This document shows positions 1 through 13,900 of a DNA stretch of 64,000 bases, piece by piece. Each line of letters opens with the position of its first letter. The first letter of the stretch is position 1. The translations under genes were made by a program, and so were the position numbers. Source of the stretch: Octopus vulgaris (lineage: Eukaryota); contig OX597814.1 of the NCBI GenBank assembly GCA_951406725.2, forward strand, positions 159,402,001-159,466,000, in the 5' to 3' direction. The notes under the pieces are model-generated. The model had not been told where the DNA came from. It made no database searches and worked only from the letters and a program-made list of their open reading frames with translations.

Positions 1-452
1 ATACGGCTGAGCAAAGTTGAGAGAGCTATTTCCTCAGAATGAAAGACAGATTGTATGAAGCTATGCTACATAATGGCAAAATGTGGGCTGTGAATGCAGT
101 TCATGCAAAGACTTGATACATATGAAGCCAGCATGCTCTGCTGGATGTGCAATGTCAGTGTGCATGTACTACAAAGTGTTAATGTGTTGAGATAAAAATT
201 GTTTATAAGTGGTATCAGATGTAATGTCTAGGAGAGAAGACTGTGCTGGTATGGTCATATGATGCATATGGATGAAGGCAGCTGCATAACGAAGTGCCAA
301 ACTCTAAATGTGTAGGGAACCTGTGAAAAGACCTAAGGTCATGTGGAATGAAGTGGTGAAAAATGTTTTTCGGTTGTTAAACTTCACAGAGGAGATAACA
401 AAGGACCAAGCTGATTGGCGATTTGCTGTGCTTGAGAAGACCCATCCAGCTA
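1..452 (+). mobile_element. Degraded RTE-clade LINE 3' ORF fragment
   Basis: Homologous to the RT C-terminal region at 37447-37745 (AML...TWAV, MLCWMCNVSV, RRLCWYGHM, WNEVVK), with stops and frameshifts. Confidence 0.75.
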
Positions 453-1319
453 AGTAAAATTGAGGCCATAAAGACACCTCTTTTATGTCCATATCCCTGT
501 CAGACCTCTCCCCCTCAACCCATCATCCTAACACCTCTCCCTCCTTCCACTTGTGTCCTCCTCTTGCTGTAATTCCCTCCCTTCTATCTCACACTTTCCC
601 TCACACACTCACAGTCCTACATGCACTCATGTCCTTGTTGAATCTCATCCTCAACATATCCTCCTAACACCACCTCCCACTCATTGTATCCACTTGCTAC
701 ATTCTCTTTCCCACCTCTCCATCTCCTGCTTTCTTTTCACAATCTCAAACTCACTCACTCTATCCAACCTTTAGTTCCACTTCATTTACAAACACTTCCT
801 AGTTACTTGAGTGTACTACCCCCATCACATCTTCATCATCTCTCTCTCTCTCTCCCTTCCTCGCTCCCCCTCCCTCCCCTCCTTCCTTCCCCCTCCCTCT
901 CTCTATCTATCTATCTGTCTATCTAGTACCCATGTTTCTCCTCTGCTGCAAAACTCCTGTTTCTGTCCCTGTATTCATACTCTAACCTCTCCTCACCTAG
1001 CACAAAGCACCTCTCTCAATACACCCAGCTCAGTTGAGAAGTCTTGTCCTATCTGCAAGTTATCTGGTAACCTCACTGCTGCTGGTGCTATGTAAATAGA
1101 ATCCAGTATACCCTGTAAAGTGGTTGGTGTTACAAAGGTCATCAAGTAGTAGAGACTATTGCCAGAGCAGATAGTAGAGCTTAGATAGTTAAAATTTAAA
1201 AACTTTGGTAGTTATGGATGTTTAGTTAACTAGGAAATATTCACCAACCTGTTCTTTTGATGAAAAATACTTTGAATATTTCTACTTATTTGTTTATTTA
1301 GTTTTAAAGTAAAATATAT

Positions 1320-1650
1320 CATTATCATCATTGTTTAACGTCCGCTTTCCATGCTGGCATGGGTTAGACAGTTTGACTGGAACTGGTAAATAGGAGAGTT
1401 GTGCCAGGGCCCTTTTTTACACCAACTACTCCAAGAGTGTAATGGGTGCTTTATTACATGTCACCAGTGTGGGTGCCATTTATATGACACCAGTAATAGC
1501 CATGACTATGATTTCCGGTGTCACGTAAATAGCACCCATGCTGATGACATGTAAAAAGCACCCGTTACACTCTTGGAGTGGTTGGCATTTGAAAGGGCAT
1601 CCAGCCATAGAAACCATGCCAAATCAGACTAGAACTCAGTGCAGCTCGCC
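1320..1650. mobile_element. Two inverted RTE 3'-tail fragments forming a fold-back
   Basis: Minus-strand tail (catcattgtttaacgtccgctttccatgctggc...) followed by its inverted complement; arms 1422-1491 and 1517-1585. Confidence 0.8.
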
Positions 1651-1806
1651 AATATATAATTGTCATAATTAGCTTATCATCTTTTTTTGTTCTGTTATAT
1701 TTTTATCTGACGTTTCTATAATGCTGCATTTTAAATTTCTTTTCTAACATTTATAAGTGGAAGATCTTTATATGATTTTTACTTAAAAATAAATTCTTTA
1801 TATCAG

Positions 1807-1951
1807 GCTCGTGATATCTATGAAGAAGCTATTCAGACAGTCGTAACAGTCAGGGATTTTACCCAGGTATTCGATGCATATGCTCAGTTTGAGAAAAATA
1901 TGGTTAGTGCAAAAATGGAAGCAATGTCTGATTCAGGAACATCTCAAGAAG
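1807..1951 (+). CDS. XAB2: XAB2 exon ([10 protein letters not shown]...GTSQE)
   Basis: Acceptor tatcag|GCT, donor G|gtaac. Confidence 0.95.
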
Positions 1952-4900
1952 GTAACATTGTGTTTGTTTATTTATTCAACAACTCATTTATCAACTGAAC
2001 TGTTATTCCTCTTAATATTTTTAAGACTTGTATTAGGTAGCAAGCTGACAGAATCATTAGTACGCCAGGCAAAATGCTTAGAAGCATTTCATCTGTTTTT
2101 ATATTCTGAGTTCAAATGCTGCCAGGGTTCCCTTTATCTTTCACCCTTTTGGGATCAATAAAATAAATACCAGTAGAACACTGGGGTTGATGTAATTGAC
2201 TTACTCCCTCCCCTAAAACTGCTGGCTTTGTACCAAAATTTGAAACCAATATTTTTAAGACTTGTGAATATTATAATGCTTTTTTGTGTGGAGGAGTTTT
2301 GTATTTAGAGATTTATTATCTAGACCAGTGGTTCCCAAGCCTTTTATTTAAATGAGTTTTCTCACAGACCCCTTTTAAAATGCTTGTCCTTATGTATTTA
2401 TATATGAAATTTTGAATTTAGTTCACAGATCCCCAGTACTACCTTTACAGACCCCAGTTTGGGAACTACTGATCTAAACTTTATAAACAGTCTATATTGT
2501 GTTGATAACCAACTGTTAAAGAAATTACTATAATAACTGTTAGAATACAAATCCAACATGAGTTTCTTGGCTCTCTTAGTAAGAAATTAGAGTTGTGAAA
2601 ATACTTTTGTTCTCAACAGAAATATGTATTTCCACTGCTTTATTGGTATTTACTGTAGTAACAGCACCCAACTTTTCTCATCTTTGCTGACAAAACTAAG
2701 TGGGATATATGAACTGAACATGTCTTCTTTAAAACATGTCTTTTTTTAAATATTTTTTGAAAAGCTTCTAAATTTGTTTGTTATCAGAGATTAAATTTCT
2801 GTATCTAAATGGAAGCTTTTCAAAGTAGAATCATTAATGCATTTTAGAAAAAGTCACCTATGTTTCAAATGTTAACTTGAGTGCACTAAATGCTGGTAGT
2901 ATGGAAGCTCTAATTAAGAATTATACTGTCAGTGACTCAATATATCAATTATATAGGGTCCAAATATCTATGATTCAGTTTTGGATTTCCAGTCTTTATG
3001 TTGAAATGCAAAACATATATGCTTTAAAAGAAATATTCAACAATTTTCAATAAGTTAACATAATTCTGCATCTTGTTTTATTTTAATGGAGAGATTATGA
3101 TTTTTGCTCTGTGATATTTAACATTTTTGTGAGCATATTTCTATCAATATACATATATACTGCCTTTGTTTCATTTGTCAATATGGTCATATTATATACT
3201 CATAGTCAACACATAGCATTGTGGATAAGAAGCTTTATAACCAGGTAATTAATCTTTAAAATGATGAAGAATTTAGTAAAATAACTTTGTCATTATTAAG
3301 CTGGTGTCTGGAACATAAATTGGCATAGAATTTTGATGGAAGATTATTATTTAGGTTGCTTTAAAACAATAAGTTTGTGTCATAGAACCAGGAATGGTCT
3401 CAGGCAGCAAGGTATCAAAAGGGTTTAGATGATCTCTTCAAAATATTCTGACAATTTATGTATCAGTCTAGCATTCTCTCCTTTTATCTAATTATCAGAT
3501 GATCTTGATGTTGAATTACGATTAGCAAGACTGGAACATTTGATGGATAGGCGTCCTCGTCTCTTGAACAGGTAATGATCGTAACCATCTTCATTTCTCT
3601 TTTAACTCCTTTACAACACTATAAAATACAGCAACTTAATTACATGTTTTGAACTTAAATTAACATTATAATGTAAGCATTGGGAAAAATATGTTCCTTT
3701 TGAATTAGAAAATGTCTATTTATATGACATATAATACAATGACAACTATAATATATGAAATCAAAAATATGCTTTAACATCTCTGCAACTTAATGTCATA
3801 ATACTCTGAACTACTTTGGTAAAATGGATCAAATGAATACACTCTTCCAAATGTTTGCTTAGTGCCTGTTTAATAGTAATGTTTTCCAGTTATAGGTAGA
3901 CAATTTTCGCATGGTTCATTGTATTGAAATTTGGATTTGCAACCTTTAAATCCAGCAAATTTAGTAGTTGTCATCTATCGATAATAGAATTCAGTGACAG
4001 ATTACATAATTCACCTAGTAGAAATAAATATATAACATAAAAAATAAACTGAAAGTTAAATACCTGCCATTGCTAAAAAAAAATATTAATTTTATTTGTT
4101 GCTTATAGAATGTATATTTTAAGGATATTAAGATCTGATAAACCTAAAATCAAGCAAAAATATCAAATATTTGGAAATAGAGATAATAATGCTTTTAATA
4201 TCATAAATTATAATGTTTGATAAAGCAAAGGAAAAGTGATCTAATAACTATTAAGTCTTATTAAATACTTTATATTTTTAGTGTATTACTACGTCAGAAT
4301 CCACATAATGTCCATGAATGGCACAAAAGAATAAAACTGTTTGAAGGAAAACCTCGAGAGGTATTTCTTTTTGTTTTTTTGGTTTTCTTTACATTTATAT
4401 ATTCAATATTATAATTTGGTTATGTACCAGAATTAAGATTCTGTAATTATTAACTCATATTTTACATTCAATTCATGAATAAGTTTCATCCTCTTAAAAA
4501 AAAGAGACATAGGAGATGATAAAATATTCATACCCAATATTAATACTTTCACTATGATATATTTATGTATGTATATGTATGCATGTATATGTATGTATCC
4601 ATGTATATGTATGTATACATACTTATATATATATATATATATTTATATCTCAACATCATCATCGTTTAACATCCATTTTCCATGCTGGCATGGGTTGGAC
4701 GGTTTGACTGAGGTCTGGAGAGCCTGCGGCTGCACCAGACTCCAATCTTATCTGGCAATGTTTATACAGCTTGATGCCCTTCCTAACACCAACCACTCTG
4801 AGAGTGTAGTGGGTGCTTTTTTCATGCCACCAACACAGGAGCCAGTCAGGCAGGCATAGCATGGATTACGTTTGGATAGTGCTTTTTACATGCCACCAGC

Positions 4901-7900
4901 ATAGTACTCTGTCAGGGGGTACTGGCATCGGCCATATTTGGAACGGGAGCCAGTCAGGTGGCACTGACCACAGCTACTTGACTTAACAAGTTTTCTCAAT
5001 CATATCTTATCACCCAAGTACTCTTAAATGGACCAGACATGCAACACTGGCATCAACCATGGCTGATATCTCACTTTAGTTGCCGAGTCTTCTCAGTCAT
5101 AGCATATCTCCAAAGGTCTCGGTCTCCTGTCATTGCCTCTATGAGGCCCAATGTTTGAAGGTCATGCTTCACTACCTCATCCCATGCCTTCCTGGGTCTA
5201 TCTCTTCCACAGTTAAGGAGTGGCACTTCCTCATACAGCTGTCTTCATCCATAAGTAACACATGACCATACCAGTGCAGTCATCTCTCTTGCACACTAAA
5301 TTTGATGCTTCTTATGCCCAACTTTTCTCTCATGATGCTTACACTCTGTCATATATGCACATCCAGCGGATCATACTATCTTCATATACATATGTATATA
5401 TATTAAATAGCCTCAGGCCGACCAAAGCCTTGTGAGTGAATTTTGTACATGGAAACTGAAAGAAGACTGTCAAATATATGTGTATATTTGTGTGTGTGTG
5501 CGCCCCCACCATTGTTTGACAACCAATGTTGCTGTGTTTACATTCCCATAACTTAGCGGTTCAGTAAAAGACACTGACAGAATAAGTACTAGGCTTACAA
5601 AGAATAAATCCTGTGGTTGATTTGTTTGACCAACTGTGGTGCTCCAGCATGGCTACAGTCACATTACTGAAATAAGTAAAACAATAAAAAAACTATACCA
5701 TTTTAATCCTGAGCAAGGCCGAGTATCTCTGCTAGTATATATATATATATATATATATGGAGCCTGGTGCAGCCTTCTGGCTTCCCAGAACCCCGGTCGA
5801 ACCGTCCAACCCATGCTAGCATGGAGAACGGACGTTAAACGATGATGATGATGATGATATATATATACATGGCTTTATCAGAGAAGATAGGGCAACAACC
5901 ATCACCTTGTTACAGGGCTTCTGACATGAGTTTGAGTAAAGAGAAGAATAAACCACAACTCATGAGTTATCTTCAATCTTGAAAATCTGATTCAAATGCA
6001 TGCAACAGAATGGACTCTGTTAAAAGCACCCAAAGCTCGGATTGTTTTTTTAAACCAAGTGACTGATTAAGTCTACCACACTGTTTCCATTTACACAATT
6101 TCAAATCTATTTTAATAAATTGACACTAAGTATAATGAGAAAAAAAATGTAAGAAATATATATTTTTCATTTTGAGTATTTCTTAAATTCTCATGTGATT
6201 ATCTTTTATTGGTAGGTTATCAACACTTATACAGAAGCTGTCCAGACAGTGGACCCAAAACTAGCCACTGGAAAATTATACACTCTTTGGGTAGAATTTG
6301 CTAAATTTTATGAAAATGCTCAACAAATTGATGATGTAAGTATCTCTTTCTCATGTTTTTATTAAAGAATATTAAGTTTTTTTTCAAAATCAAAACTTTT
6401 AACTTTTTTCTTGTAAGAGAAAGAAGTATCTTGCTTAATTTCGACTGAGGTTTATTGCTTGCACCTGTTTTGTCTCCAAGGAAATAAATAAATAAAATTA
6501 ACCATGTTGAGAATTGAACTTAAAAAATATTTTTAATCTGCTTAAAATCATCATCATCATCAACACGATTATCATCTAACATCCATATTCCAAGTTGGCA
6601 TGGATTAGACAGTTTGACTAGATCTAATGTGTCTGAGGACTTCATTGAACACTAGTGTCTGCTTTGGCATGGTTTTTATGGCTGAATGCCCTACCTAACA
6701 CCAACCACTTTCCAGCATGGACTGGGTGCTTTTTTTTGTGCCACCTGCATTAATGAGGTCACCATGCAGCTTGCAGGACTTTGATCCCTAAGGGAGATGG
6801 TAGGGTCAGTTTCATGCTATAAGACAAGGGGAATTATGGGAGAATGGGACAGAGCAGGTACCTCAGAAGGATCTGCATTGATACTCACACCTACTGGGAG
6901 TAATGAGTGGGCAGAGAAAGAGAGAATGATCAGTAGGGGCTGCAAAACATAGATAATGGTGATAAGTTGACCAGGTGATCCCACAAGGCTCAAGCTGAGT
7001 ATACGTGAGTCAGTAGGTGGTTTGCAAGGTTGTATGTGAAGGTGAATGAAGGGTGAGGAGGTAAACTGTCAAAATGAGTGGGGTTGAAGGGTAGATAAAA
7101 CATGATATGAGGTTCTCAAAAAGACACTCCCTCCTCAGCAAGCTGAGTTCTGGAAATGCTATACTTTAGGTTCTCCACCCATTACAGTGACTCCCCATCT
7201 AGGCAGTGCTATGCCTGCCTCTTCCCACCACCCCAGCAACTATAATCTTTTTATTATTGCTGCTCATCTCCCCAAAACTCTTCTGCATCCCTCTATCTTC
7301 CTCACAGCCTAATAGTAACAAATACAATGTATTGATAATGTATGTATAACATTCTCGTAAACATTCTTAACTGTAGTGGAATCTCAAGTGAATTTTCTGC
7401 CTATTATTATGTAAATGGTTTATTTTTAACTGCACTCTTATTGTGCAGCTAAAGATCACTGTCTACAACTGAAGCAAACCATATTCTAGCCTCAATTGAA
7501 ATGTATTCATCCACTACTGTAACACACATACAATCTTCAGGTTCTGTAGTCTCCCTGATTGTTGTCTGGTTCAATGCCAAGAGCATCTCTACTAACTCTT
7601 TAGAAATCTCTTATCGGTTCCTCCCTCACCAAATTGGCTCTAGAAATGCCAATAATGCCGTTATGTTTGCTGCCTAATTTGCTTCAACACTGCATGGAAA
7701 ATGTAAAGATGTTCTCTGAATTCTTCCTTCCAAATATTCTTTGTCTTATCTCACCACCTTGCACATACAGCTGCTGAGTGTGAAATTTTCTCTGGCTATC
7801 CTCATTAAAGGAGACCATCCTAATAATTCGGTAAAGATTTACAGTCTAACACACAACTACTGCCCCACCAATTTGCCTCATCCACTGTCATCTCTTCTGT

Positions 7901-10900
7901 TGCTACATTAGTTCTTGCTCTTCTGACCTAGTAAGTTGTGTATCACCTCCATCAAATTTATACACTGAACTGTTCCCAAGATAGTAGAGCAAACATTATG
8001 TGGTTCACAACTTGTTAGAAGTTGCAGCCAAATTGCCCTCAGATTACACACACTGTAACAAATGAGAAGACAGGCTGGTCAATTTCTGGAATGCCTTTTG
8101 CTCAAAGGTCTGCTAAATAAATCAAAGCTAACATCACTTTCATGAATTTTACCAGTCTGAGATCCTAATTTATCATCCATTTGCAGTTACAAGGTTAGGT
8201 GAAATATTGAAGGCAATAGAATATTTAATATTAATATTTATAGACACCAACATGGCTATGTGGTTAAGAAATTTGCTTTGAACCATGTAATTGGAGTTAG
8301 GGTTCTACTCCATGAACATTGTCAGTTAATGTTCTATACTATAGTTGTGAATGAAATTTGGAAATTAAAGTGTGTGTGTGTGTGTATAACAAGTTTTTCT
8401 TGCACTATTTTTTTCTTCTCTCCAGACCTTTCCTCTTTCTGATGACGAGCCATACTCATAATGTTACACCCCTCATCTTTTTTCCATCTTAAACTGAGAG
8501 TCAACCTAATACATTGACTGTGTACATCGTATTGGCTTTTGTTGTTCTGCTTTCATTTTTATTTTCAATTTGCCTCTGTGTGTGTGTGCACGTGCGTGCG
8601 TGCATGTATGTGTGAGTTCATATTTCCTTCATCTTTACTTGTATTTACTGACTGTAGACAATGAACAGCCTCTCTAGGCAGTGTCATTAGCTTGCAGTCA
8701 ACTACAAAAGCACATTCAGCCTTCTTCATATGTCATAATTCATTGTACTTTCATTGCAGACTCAATGTTTCCAATTCATTGCATAACTATATCCAGGTTG
8801 TTCATTGTTTGATTGACTGCAGAATTATTACCTTGCTTGGAAACAAGTGACAGATAGTAACAGAAAGAGCATCTAGTCATAGAAGATTAGCTTCAATGAA
8901 TTCCTTCTCACCCATTGCAAGCATGGAAAATTGGATGTTAAAAACAATGATGATGATACTATTAGCATGATTTAGTGAATACTGTTTGTTATCTCATTGC
9001 TGTAAATTATTCTGTTATTGTGTTATTCTAGGCTAGAATAATCTTCGAGAAAGCTATCAAAGTACCATTCAAACACGTTGTAGATATTGCCTCAGTTTGG
9101 TGTGAATGGGCTGAATTGGAAATTCGTAATGAGTGAGTAAATCATGTTTAAATTACCTTCATCTTATTATCATCATTATAATTCACGTGATCACTATTTC
9201 TTAATATTGTCACGATATTCTTATCTGAATCAAGAGTGCTAACTGAATTATTCTATTTCATTTCTAGAAATTATGAGAATGCTCTAAAATTAATGCAAAG
9301 AGTAACTACACCACCTTCACGGAAAATTTCTTATCATGATGAGGTAAGTAAACATCGCTGGTTATTGAATTTGTTAAAGATGGCTTGAGAACATCACAAC
9401 TCAGAGAAACTGCATTTGATACTAGTGAGAAAGAAATCTTTCTTTCAAATGAGATTCTAGCAGACTTCATGAAACTAAATAACTAATCCTCTACAAGCCT
9501 GTAAGGGATCCTCCTTTTGGCCATTTATCTTACTAGAAATATTAGTCTTGCCTCCATCAGACCACAATTAAATATCTGTAAAAAAGGATATATTGGATAA
9601 TGTGGTCTGAAAAGAAAGACATGTTTCTCATTAGATGGACTGTCTTTCATCATTGGTTAGCATGATTCAGGTTGACCTGGACAAACAACTTCTTTGTGGT
9701 TATAGAACTTGCTAGGAATAGCAGCTAAATATCCCACATGTCACACCCTGTTGTCTAAAATGAAAGAGAGAACACACTAGATAAAATACTATTGCTTTAA
9801 TAAAAAAAAAAAAACAATGGTCATGATTGGAATGTCTTTCTTTATAGATCAGAGCTGACCTGCATCAAAGCAACAGCAATAAAAAAGTAACTTGATTTTA
9901 GCACAAAAATATGCATTGTGTAATTAATATTATGAATATACCTGAGAAAAGAGATGTAGATAATATTGAGGAATTAATGAAACTATGTGTATTTTATTAT
10001 AAATATTACTTTATAAATGAGGTGCAGGGTTAAGAAGTTTGCTTCCCAACCATGTGGTTTTGGGTTCAGTCCCACTACATTAACCCTAAGCCAAAACCTT
10101 GTTAGTGAATATGGTAGATAGAAACTGAAAGAAGCCTATTGTGTAAATATATTTATATATAAGCATTTCTAATACTTGTTTGTTATGGGCATAAATGGAA
10201 GGAAATGGTTGTTAAAAAGTACCATTATTTTAAGAAATATCCAAATGGTAAGTTGGCTTAGAGCATTTATTACTTATTGTTAAATTTTCAATTTCTAATT
10301 TTATTTATACCTATTTTATAGACTGAAACAGTCCAAGATCGTGTACACAAATCACTAAAAGTGTGGTCATTTTATGCAGATTTGGAAGAGTCATTTGGTA
10401 CATTTAAGGTATGTTAACGTTAATTATTACTTCTCTTTAGAAGTTGGCAAGCTGACAGAATCATTAGCATGTTAGGCCAAATGCTTTGCAGCAATCCTTC
10501 CAGCTTGAAATTCAAAACTCAAATTCCACTGAGGTCATCTTTGCCATTCATCTTTTCAGGGTTGGCTTTGTGCCAAAATTTGAAACCATTCTTACTTCTT
10601 TTTAGGATGATAGATTAGTAGAATCCTTAGACATCAGACTAAATGCCTTGTGATATTCCTTCCTACTCTTTACATTCAGAGTTCAAATCCTACTAAGGTC
10701 AGCTTTACCTTCAGGGAAGTATCAGTCAAGTACTTGGGTTTATTTAATTGAATAACCTCCTTCCCTTTAAAATTTCAGGCCTTGTACCTATGTTCGAAAC
10801 AATTATTACGTATTTCTCAGTTTTCAAATTTTTTGTGTCATTGTGGCTCTGAAAACTTATGTAACAGACTATTTTCATTTTTCATTATTTGTTCTCTTCT

Positions 10901-13900
10901 ACATTTCATTTCTCTTCCACATTGGCTATCATCTAGAATCTTCCTTGTAACTGAACTTCTGAGAATTTCCAAATGATTTTGGCAGCTCATTTAATATGGA
11001 ATCATTTTTTGGTAATTGCTTGAACCAAGGATAAAATTCTCTACTCTCACAGAACTCAAGATTAATATAGTTTAATTCATTCTCCTGCCTTTTTGAAAAT
11101 ATTTTATAACAATTTATTGCATTTAAAATCAATAGTATACATACTTTTTAATATACTACATAAACTTCGCTCATATTTTATAAGATAACAGTTTAATATA
11201 AGGTGTGCTGAAAAGTTCCTGGCTTTAAGGGTATCTTGAAAAGCCTGGTTGGTGGCTCACCTTTCAAGTTCTTTTACAGGGCTTTGAAAAACTGAAGGAC
11301 CACTGCAATAAGTGTGTGAATCTGAGAGGGGAATATTTTGAATAAAATCATAATTAACTGATCCTCCTGTATTTTCTTTTACCCAAAGCCAGGAACTTTT
11401 TGGCATCCCCTCGATTGCAGCTCTAAATATGAATCTTGTGTCAAATGTCATTTTCATTTATTTTCTTTTTAATGTAATATTTCAGAGTTGCAAAGCTGTT
11501 TATGACAGGATTATTGATTTAAGAATTGCTACACCACAGATTATCATCAATTATGGCATGTTTCTTGAAGAGAACAACTACTATGAAGAAGCATTTAAAG
11601 TAATTTTTTTTTTTCATGTTTTAATTCCTGTTATTGACTGTCTAATTATATATGCACACTAGGGCGATGACTTTTTTCAAGTCAAGTAAGATCAAAGTAC
11701 CAGAAGGTGAACTTTATGGTATAATGACAAAAAATCATAATCATTTCTTTCTTTGACACAAAAAACTCCCCCACTGATTACAATATATTTAACAACACTT
11801 TTACTACGGGCATGCATATATTGTTCAAGTAATAAGACATACTATTATGCATTGTTAATGTAATAAGTGAAGCTTAATGCAACAGCAGTTTTCAAAGATC
11901 CTTGTTGGTTAAAACAAATCACAGATCCAATTTTTCAGAAGACCTGCAATCTTATTTCTCCATTATTTTTACTGCACATTCAGCACATAAGTGTGAACAC
12001 TGAACATCTTGAATTAGTGATTCTTCAAGATTCCTTTCAAACTTTCAAACATTTGCTTGCTTTAGTATATCCAGAAGCTGCTTCTGAAAGTTTCTAGTAG
12101 GCCATGCTGTCAAGCCTTTGGTCACAAAACCACATTTCCATCCAGTTTCTGCTGATAAAACAACACGTTGTAGAATTTTTCTCTACTTTGTGGTAGAAGC
12201 ATGTATGTGAGGATGGCCAAGATTGCTCGTGAATTCCAACATGCATTGCTAAGTCTAGGAAGTTCTCTAAACTTAATTTCTGGGAAAATGCTTTGTTGCT
12301 GATAAAATCGGAAAGCATGACCAAGTTCATATAAAAACCAAAGTTCATCTTTCCAACCTGAATTATCATCCATTTGAAGTTTTGCTTTGCCTTGTTTCCA
12401 TTCCGCCACTAAAACCTCATAGTTTATCAAATAGTCTATGAACAGATATGATATATTTGGTGATGCAGTTTTTTCTTTCAGTGTATCATCCATCACATGT
12501 TTTAGGAGACAGTCTAACACATGATGTTGGCAACCAATGTATTGAGGTGCAGGATATCCATGCTTTACAAATTCATTCTGAAGTTGAATGACCTTTTCAG
12601 TATGCGTTTCCTGTATTTACACTACATGTGTTTGTCATGATCATTTTGATTGCTGATCAATTAGTAATCATCCAAAACTTCCTTTAGTCCCTGAAAATTG
12701 TTATCTACTCTGCCATTCTTCAGTGCTGCTAATCTAATTTCTCTTGTGTTGTTTTTCACTACAACAGCTTGTCTTACTTTACCCTTCATAATCTTTCCAT
12801 CAATATGGAGCAGCCACTGGTCGTATTTTAAAGTTTCTTTTAGTTCCTGCTTCATCTATGCGGCCTCTCTCATAGAGGCTTTGTACACACCTGACTGTAA
12901 TGAAGTGGGGAGTAGTACTCCTTCCTCTCTCAACTGTTTGCAGATATTGGCTGCTTTATGACTGCTTAAATTCTTTTTTTCTTCAGCAAGTTCATTGCTC
13001 TCTGAGCTGAGTGATGTTGTTTAGAGATGCCAACTTGTTCGTCTATTGGTAATGTGGTTTCATCTGCAGAATCAGATGATGATGATGATGATGTATCTGC
13101 AAGAAGTTGGGCACTTATTAGTGACATCAATGCATACAAAAAAATTTGTGTAATATTTGAAAATTTTTTACGCATGTTACTTTTACCTGCTTCAGCATAT
13201 GGGAGAAACGCTTGTGAAGTTGAAGCTGACACTCTTGACGAGGAAAGTGTTCACTTTGAAGGGTGAACCATAGCTAACCAAGATGTGGTGTAGTCAGTTA
13301 TACTGCCACTTTGAATTTGTGTACTGTAAAAGTCGTTGTCTTCTTTAGATAACCAGCTGCCTTGTTGATTAGTAATATCAAACAAATCTTCAAAATTTTG
13401 ACCGGGTTTCAGAAATTTCAAATGGGTATCATACCTTGTCAGCAGAGTATTTACTTTTCTTACAACAGACTTTAATATTATACACAGAAAATCAACTCCT
13501 TTAAATGTAATAAAATAGTCTGAAGTACTAATGCTGAATGTAATGTGAGTTTGAATAAGACAATGTAAGGGTGATGCATTTGAAAATAGAAATAGTTGAC
13601 AGGGGAGATTTTTGAAAGTTTTAAAAAAAGTGAATTGCTAGTCACTGTTTTCTCATCATTTCTCATAGCAAATCACCCAGGCCATGTTCAATTTCAGAAA
13701 AAATTTAAAATGTCATTACCCTAATGTCCACACACTTTTTTTCATTATTTGGCAAGAAAATTAATCTTGCCAAATATAATTGTTATTTTTTTGATTTGCT
13801 TGATTAGCTTAATGGGGGTGTAATGTTGAAGGTGTTGAGGTGATAGTATATATCTTTAAGTAAGAAAATCTATGAATAAATTTTATTAATTGATGGTTAT

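Noticed and set aside
485-1095. Ser/Pro/Leu/His-rich ORFs
   Set aside because: Pyrimidine-rich low-complexity repeat UTR within an XAB2 intron.
5920-5985. Possible further hammerhead (ctgacatgag...cttgaaa)
   Set aside because: The core is too degenerate and the stems are not supportable.
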